From Protoeuglena noctilucae (taxonomy: Eukaryota), in contig OY253670.1 in assembly GCA_958009085.1 (NCBI GenBank), positions 1,550,001 through 1,614,000 on the forward strand: a stretch of DNA of 64,000 nucleotides, given 5' to 3'. This document shows, in pieces, positions 59,209 to 64,000 of this stretch; position 1 is the stretch's first letter; each line of letters begins with the position of its first letter. Made by a program: the position numbers and the translations under genes. The notes beneath the pieces were generated by a model that was given only the letters and a program-made list of their open reading frames with translations, had not been told where the DNA came from and searched no databases.

Positions 59209-59752
59209 ACATGAGCTCGTTGAGATGAATCTCGGGTTTCCCGTATCGAAGGAAAAAATAGGCGATTGGCATCTCGTGTACTCTGGCGCGAATCATATCT
59301 TGGAATACCGTCGAAATGATGGTCTCAGTGCTATCATCTTTCGCGGAACAACTGACGCACAGGATGTCGTGGATGACCTAAGTCTTTATGTATCAGGGAA
59401 CGCGTTCAGCAGTCGTCTGAATGAAGCGCTGTCATATGCTTACAAAGTTGCTAAGACGGGACGCCTTGTAATATGCGTCGGGCATAGCCTCGGTGGTCTT
59501 TACGCTTTGAAGGTTCAAGAGATTTTATACCCCAAGTACCCGATTTGGGCGTGGGCTTTTAATCCCTTCGTCCCAGACGCCGTTTCGTTGCGTCTTAATC
59601 GCCGGCAGAAACTTTTCCTGAACATGAACGACCCGGTGTGTCGAATCACGTATCAATCTTGCGCAAACAGACCGGGTCGTGATGAGGCGAAGTGGGTGTT
59701 TTCTTGGGAAAATACGAGTACGTTAAATCACGGCGTGGATCAATGGCTTTAA
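59195..59752 (+). CDS. Class-3 lipase-like alpha/beta hydrolase
   Basis: IIFRGT, CVGHSLGG, AFNP, NDPV and a terminal NH. Confidence 0.88.
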   Translation: MMGLEHELVEMNLGFPVSKEKIGDWHLVYSGANHILEYRRNDGLSAIIFRGTTDAQDVVDDLSLYVSGNAFSSRLNEALSYAYKVAKTGRLVICVGHSLGGLYALKVQEILYPKYPIWAWAFNPFVPDAVSLRLNRRQKLFLNMNDPVCRITYQSCANRPGRDEAKWVFSWENTSTLNHGVDQWL

Positions 59753-59775
59753 AAATTTCTTTTGTTTCCTTAGAT

Positions 59776-60990
59776 ATGATGAAAATGCTTCCCGACCCGC
59801 TTGACTTTAAATGCGCGTCTCTAAACTCCGGGGTCAGCGTCTCTCAGGTGAAGGTGAGGTCCGACACCCAGGGTACTCGCACTGGAGGCAGCCAGGTCAC
59901 GTTCACGCTACCCACGGCAAGTCTTTTCGATCTCAAGTCGATGAAGCTCTGGTTCAATATCACGAACAATGACACAAATCAGTACATTACACCCCGAGTG
60001 GCAGACCATTTTATTCGACAGCTGACCGTTCAAGTGAATGGGTCGACGGTGAGTAACATCGAGTACTACGGGACAATTGCTGGATATCTACGCGACATGG
60101 AAGTATCCGGGTCTGAGATAAGCTCAAATGCTCTAAGTTACGAGCGCGCCATTGACGCAAGCTCAAATGCTCTAAGTTACGAGCGCGCCATTGACGCTTC
60201 ATCTTCTGCCAAAATTCCCGTGGATGGCTTTAAGTTCGGCTTCCTCTCGGGTGATTGGATGAGGTACCTTGACACTACTCTCTTCAAAAACGTGGTTATC
60301 ACTATCACGCTTGCCAACCCGTGGACGATTGCTGGACCAGCAACGCCGGCCGCTTTGAATAACAACAACGTTGTTTACACAGAGTGCTACCTCACTTGTA
60401 ACAACGTAGGCTTTAACGATGATACGTATCGCGCGCTACTTAAGGAAGAGGTCCAGAGCGAGAAAGGTCTCGACGTGTTTTACAAGAACATGCAGGTGTT
60501 TCCGTCAACTCAGTTCACCGGATCTATCGACTGGACTTTCCGCGTAACGTCCGGTTCGCTCGACAAGCTCTATGGACTTGTGAAGTACGTTGACGCCACC
60601 AAAGGTAACTGGCTGGCAACTTCCGGCACGGCTTTGAGTCCATATGCTAATTCGGTCGGTAACGCAGGACTAACGTACTACTATACCGTCGGAGGGGCTC
60701 GGGTCATTATGTACGATGCGGATGACCAGGAAGCCTTCAGCATTCTAAGGAATGCGGTTGACGTCAAGGCAACCAATACATACGCTACATGGTTGTCTAC
60801 TGATTTCTGTATGGCCACAACTCTATGCCTTCCTCACATCAAGTCAGGATACAACAGCTTTAACTCTGCCGTGGATATCATGCTTCACGTACAGGGACAC
60901 GACGCTTATACCAAGATTCTCCTGGCATGCGCAGAGATGACTTCGAATGTGAACCTGAGCGATACGAACGGCGTGACCATCCGGACGTAG
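59776..60990 (+). CDS. Major capsid protein (double jelly roll, PLV type)
   Basis: About 404 aa. The N-terminal pattern QVTFTLPTASLFDLKSMKLWF..FIRQLTVQVNGSTVSNIEYY is typical of PLV MCPs. The size and gene neighbourhood fit. Confidence 0.85.
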   Translation: MMKMLPDPLDFKCASLNSGVSVSQVKVRSDTQGTRTGGSQVTFTLPTASLFDLKSMKLWFNITNNDTNQYITPRVADHFIRQLTVQVNGSTVSNIEYYGTIAGYLRDMEVSGSEISSNALSYERAIDASSNALSYERAIDASSSAKIPVDGFKFGFLSGDWMRYLDTTLFKNVVITITLANPWTIAGPATPAALNNNNVVYTECYLTCNNVGFNDDTYRALLKEEVQSEKGLDVFYKNMQVFPSTQFTGSIDWTFRVTSGSLDKLYGLVKYVDATKGNWLATSGTALSPYANSVGNAGLTYYYTVGGARVIMYDADDQEAFSILRNAVDVKATNTYATWLSTDFCMATTLCLPHIKSGYNSFNSAVDIMLHVQGHDAYTKILLACAEMTSNVNLSDTNGVTIRT

Positions 60991-61084
60991 GGGGTAGGGC
61001 GGAGCCCATAGGCCTTCGGCCACCCCCTTAAACCCCCTTGGGGCCTTCGGCCCCTTAGTTTGTTAACTTTTCTAAAGTTATTAT

Positions 61085-61429
61085 ATGGCAGCATACACCC
61101 AGAAAAAACCATCTTTGTTTTACGAAGGGTATACCCCGTGGAACCAGAACGTCCCGAGATTCTCGGACCTGAAATGTTGGAAACTTCGGGAAAACCGGAC
61201 ATTGATTCCAGAAACAGACATCTCATTAGGGTACATGTATGCTAAGAAAAAGGGCTCGTGGCTTGACGACTATAAGGTTTGCGACGAAGGCCTCCGGCAT
61301 CCAAAACCTCCCCATGATGATGTCCGACCTACTGCACCCAAGTTCATTGTGCAAGCAGGAGACACTGGGACAAGTAAAGGTACGGGGAGTGAAATTTTTG
61401 TCATCAAAGATAACCGACCTAACATGTAA
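61085..61429 (+). CDS. Hypothetical viral protein
   Basis: 114-aa ORF after the TAACTTTTCTAAAGTTA motif and followed by a hairpin. Confidence 0.7.
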   Translation: MAAYTQKKPSLFYEGYTPWNQNVPRFSDLKCWKLRENRTLIPETDISLGYMYAKKKGSWLDDYKVCDEGLRHPKPPHDDVRPTAPKFIVQAGDTGTSKGTGSEIFVIKDNRPNM

Positions 61430-61525
61430 GAGGGGGCGTAGCCCCCTTAAACCCCCAATAGTGGTTTATTTTTGCCAGGCTCAAGACCGTCGCGGCTTCG
61501 CCGCTCTTTTTTCTGAAACACATAT

Positions 61526-62002
61526 ATGGACACAACAGGTATCGACCCGAGCATGGTCGCTTTAGAGTGGGAAGAACGAATTAAGACAGCGCACCCCATC
61601 AATCTACACGCTCTCATAGGATTGGCCATCAAGGAGTATCAAGCTTCTACGGTGGGTGACAAAGGTGCAGTTTTGGCTATCGTTCTTGAGACCATGCTGA
61701 GCGACCCTGATGGCGTTGGGCACCCCTGCTATGAGGACGCTCAGCGTGTCATGGCTCATGTGGGCCATCAACTGGATGCCTTCACGGACCACACTACGGC
61801 AATCAAAAAGCTGGCCAAACACGTGCGTAAGTCTGTTCCTAAAGACCGTTGGCTTCAGACTTTAAGTTTATGCATTAAGAAACTCGTGTCCGCTCCGCTC
61901 GCTAAGTCAACCATCGAAAACATCACCAAAGTTATCGAGACTGACCTGGAGAGCATCGCTCTGAGTGCATTACGACACGCGAGTCATTTCTTTCATTGCT
62001 AA
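61526..62002 (+). CDS. Hypothetical helical viral protein
   Basis: 158-aa ORF in the co-oriented gene run. Confidence 0.7.
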   Translation: MDTTGIDPSMVALEWEERIKTAHPINLHALIGLAIKEYQASTVGDKGAVLAIVLETMLSDPDGVGHPCYEDAQRVMAHVGHQLDAFTDHTTAIKKLAKHVRKSVPKDRWLQTLSLCIKKLVSAPLAKSTIENITKVIETDLESIALSALRHASHFFHC

Positions 62003-62107
62003 ACGAAGCGTAAAAAAGCTGTCTCTGGAACTCCTTAGAGCCATCCCAGCTGTGCTTATATTCACGTTAATGCACATCCATTGAAACTATTTTTATCTAC
62101 CTATGAT

Positions 62108-62368
62108 ATGCAACTCTTGATAGACAAACTTGAGGTAGCGAACATAGGCGTTCAAACCGGTGGCATTGTTGACCTCGATGCACCCGCAGTGAAGGTCGAT
62201 CTTAAGGACCTTCTCGAGTTGTTTGTCATGGAACTTCAGCTCACCGGAGACAATTCACCAGTGACGTTCGATGTGGTCAAGGGTCATCGTTCTTTCAGGT
62301 TTGTGTACAGCCCCGACAAGATTGACATTATTAAGAAGGCGGTCATGACCCTCGATAGACTGGCTTGA
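62108..62368 (+). CDS. Hypothetical viral protein
   Basis: 86-aa ORF with an AT-rich leader. Confidence 0.6.
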   Translation: MQLLIDKLEVANIGVQTGGIVDLDAPAVKVDLKDLLELFVMELQLTGDNSPVTFDVVKGHRSFRFVYSPDKIDIIKKAVMTLDRLA

Positions 62369-62408
62369 TGGAGAAAAACACCGTAAAGCTTTTTTGTTAT
62401 GTATTATT

Positions 62409-62807
62409 ATGATGACCTCCACCTCCGACCCTCAAGCCATCGACGCGCTTCTGAGCTCGACGCCTCTGCCATATGATATCTGTGAGCACATCAGCAACCT
62501 TGCAAGTGATGAATATTATTGTCATCGTCAGCAGAAACTAATCCGACTGGTGAAACCTCCCGAGGATTTCATGAAAATCGTCCATGCGAAGACTGGTGAG
62601 GTACTGACCAGGGTCATTCTCTATGACGAAGAAGACTTCGACGTGGATGAGGCTGTGGATGCTGTAAGGAAATTTTACCCAGGTAAACGGATAATTTCGC
62701 GAGACGATGACTATCTCATATATGGACATGACACTGACATATACACGGGAGACCACGAAGACCACGAAGACCATGGGCCTTGTTGGGTGTGTGATAAGGA
62801 CTATTAA
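62409..62807 (+). CDS. Hypothetical viral protein (weak F-box-like N-terminus)
   Basis: LLSSTPLPYDICEHI. Preceded by the CGTAAAGCTTTT motif. Confidence 0.6.
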   Translation: MMTSTSDPQAIDALLSSTPLPYDICEHISNLASDEYYCHRQQKLIRLVKPPEDFMKIVHAKTGEVLTRVILYDEEDFDVDEAVDAVRKFYPGKRIISRDDDYLIYGHDTDIYTGDHEDHEDHGPCWVCDKDY

Positions 62808-62911
62808 TTACTATTACTTCTGTTAAGCCGCTGCAAGCCGTAGCCCCTTCGGGACATATTTTTCAAAAAGCGTTGAAGAAAAACGCTGTAAAGCTTTTCT
62901 CCATCCTTATC

Positions 62912-63154
62912 ATGGGTAAGACGCGATACGTGATGCTTTATGATGCCAACGATAAAGAGCTCGGTATCTTTATCAACTGGAGTCAGGCGAAGTGGGACAA
63001 AAGTAAAGCTACTTTTGAGCATTGGTTCGGAGGCACGCCCGTGAAAACGTCGGACGTAACCTATCAGTCCTTCGACGACATGATGAGCGACATCCGAAGA
63101 CCAGGTAAGATGCTGCCGTGGCATAACGGTTCGCGTGGCTCAAGACCTTCCTAA
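62912..63154 (+). CDS. Hypothetical viral protein
   Basis: 80-aa ORF preceded by the TGTAAAGCTTTT motif. Confidence 0.6.
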   Translation: MGKTRYVMLYDANDKELGIFINWSQAKWDKSKATFEHWFGGTPVKTSDVTYQSFDDMMSDIRRPGKMLPWHNGSRGSRPS

Positions 63155-63173
63155 CATTTTTATATCCTTTTTT

Positions 63174-63377
63174 ATGAGCGAAGGAGAGCCTAAGACGTCT
63201 TCTTACCTACCGCAGCATAAACGCTATTACCAAGCCAATCGAGAGCGGATTCTCGCGAAAGCGAAGCAACGGTATGCTGAAAACCAGAAGTACCGCGAAG
63301 CCACTATCCAGCGTTCGAAGGAACGGTACAGGGGGCTCCGCCCCCTCAGACCCCCCACCGGTGGCCTGTTGGAATAA
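63174..63377 (+). CDS. Small basic protein (YYQANRERIL motif), paralog of 45631-45858
   Basis: 67-aa Lys/Arg-rich ORF abutting the right TIR. Confidence 0.7.
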   Translation: MSEGEPKTSSYLPQHKRYYQANRERILAKAKQRYAENQKYREATIQRSKERYRGLRPLRPPTGGLLE

Positions 63378-63385
63378 TTTTGGGG

Positions 63386-63690
63386 GCGGCGTACCTTGCT
63401 GTCGCCCTATTTGGAAATATTTTTTGTGAAGGCCCCTGGGACATGGGGGCTCGGGGGCTCGCTTCCAGGCGTCGCATGAGGCGTAGGGCGTAGGGCATAG
63501 CCCCTACGGCCGCGCGGCTGTTGGAATAATTTTTTATGAGGCGCGTACGGTCAACGCTGGACACGCCAAAGTCAACGCTGGCGCCGCCGTGCGCGTGCCA
63601 TTACTGGCATCAGTAATCCTTAGTAAAGAATCCAACCGTCGGACCGCCGTCGTCGCTCCGCGCCGTTCCAGGCGTCGGTTATAGCTAGCT
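63386..63690 (-). repeat. Right terminal inverted repeat (305 bp)
   Basis: Ends CCAGGCGTCGGTTATAGCTAGCT. Reverse complement of 45279-45582. Confidence 0.95.
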
Positions 63691-64000
63691 TGTTGATGGC
63701 CACGTTGGTCGTGGTCGACACGGGGGCCGCCACCGGCAGCAGGCTGTTGTAGAAGTCGGTCCCAGTGGTCGTTGTGCACGACAGGAGATTGGAGCCGCCC
63801 GAGTTGCCGTTCAGCTGCACCTGGAGGATGGAGCCTCCGGGGAAGTTGGCGACTGTGACGTTGCCGATGGGGCTGGAGAGCGCGGAGGCCAGGGCGGTCG
63901 CGTTGGTGGCCGCGCTCGTCGAGGTGACCGTGTTCACCAACGTGGTGGAGACATTGGCCGAGGTGGGGTACGTCACAGTGACCTTGTCGCCCACGACGAA
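63691..64000 (-). CDS. Upstream part of the interrupted giant surface-protein gene (continues beyond window)
   Basis: Matches 43592-43901. The frame runs into the TIR and stops at 63620. Confidence 0.9.

Larger units (their letters stand above)
45279..63690. mobile_element. Endogenous Polinton-like virus (Maverick/Polinton-type, rve integrase), 18,412 bp
   Basis: TIRs, AG..CT termini and a TGTT duplication. Composition drops sharply from GC-rich host DNA to dense intronless ORFs. Encodes integrase, PolB-helicase, A32 ATPase, MCP, penton and lipase. Confidence 0.96.

Noticed and set aside
45279..63690. Insertion as a mis-assembly caused by the 1683-bp host repeat
   Set aside because: A precise 4-bp TSD and in-register continuation of the host repeat on both sides argue for a real insertion. 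The repeat copy number itself could still be mis-assembled.
45279..63690. Classification as a virophage or canonical Maverick
   Set aside because: No adenain-like maturation protease was found, the MCP is ~400 aa and PLV-like, and the polymerase is atypical. PLV is the better description pending phylogeny.
63534..63779. ORFs crossing the TIR junctions (also 45034-45435, 45405-45620, 63346-63564)
   Set aside because: Chance read-through into non-coding TIR sequence. They are duplicated only because the TIRs are.

Overview
Eukaryotic, GC-rich, intron-dense DNA from a green alga (inferred from the starch glucan-water dikinase and plastid glucose transporter genes). Positions 1-36 kb hold host genes: a Kv-type K+ channel (5' partial), GWD/R1, a glycosyltransferase-like gene, a PIF1-helicase relic, a plastidic glucose transporter, a four-cNMP-domain protein kinase, SmD3, a SOUL protein, an Osm1-type fumarate reductase and two hypothetical genes. 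From 36.3 kb to the window end lies a giant Thr/Ser/Ala-rich, repeat-built, probably GPI-anchored surface-protein gene on the minus strand. That gene is interrupted at 45279-63690 by an apparently complete 18,412-bp endogenous Polinton-like virus (PLV). The element has ~305-bp terminal inverted repeats with 5'-AG...CT-3' ends and a 4-bp TGTT target-site duplication, which can be confirmed against an uninterrupted copy of the same host repeat at 43592. It encodes an rve integrase, an A32 ATPase, major and minor capsid proteins, a lipase, a Tlr6F-like protein, a fibre-like protein, and one polyprotein that joins a putative OTU-like protease, a divergent PolB, an SF1 helicase and an HNH-like domain. 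The viral DNA also carries two recurring promoter-like motifs and a dispersed family of GC-rich GNA-triloop hairpins, some sitting in frame inside genes. All calls come from reading motifs by eye, with no database searches. Host exon boundaries and start codons are approximate.
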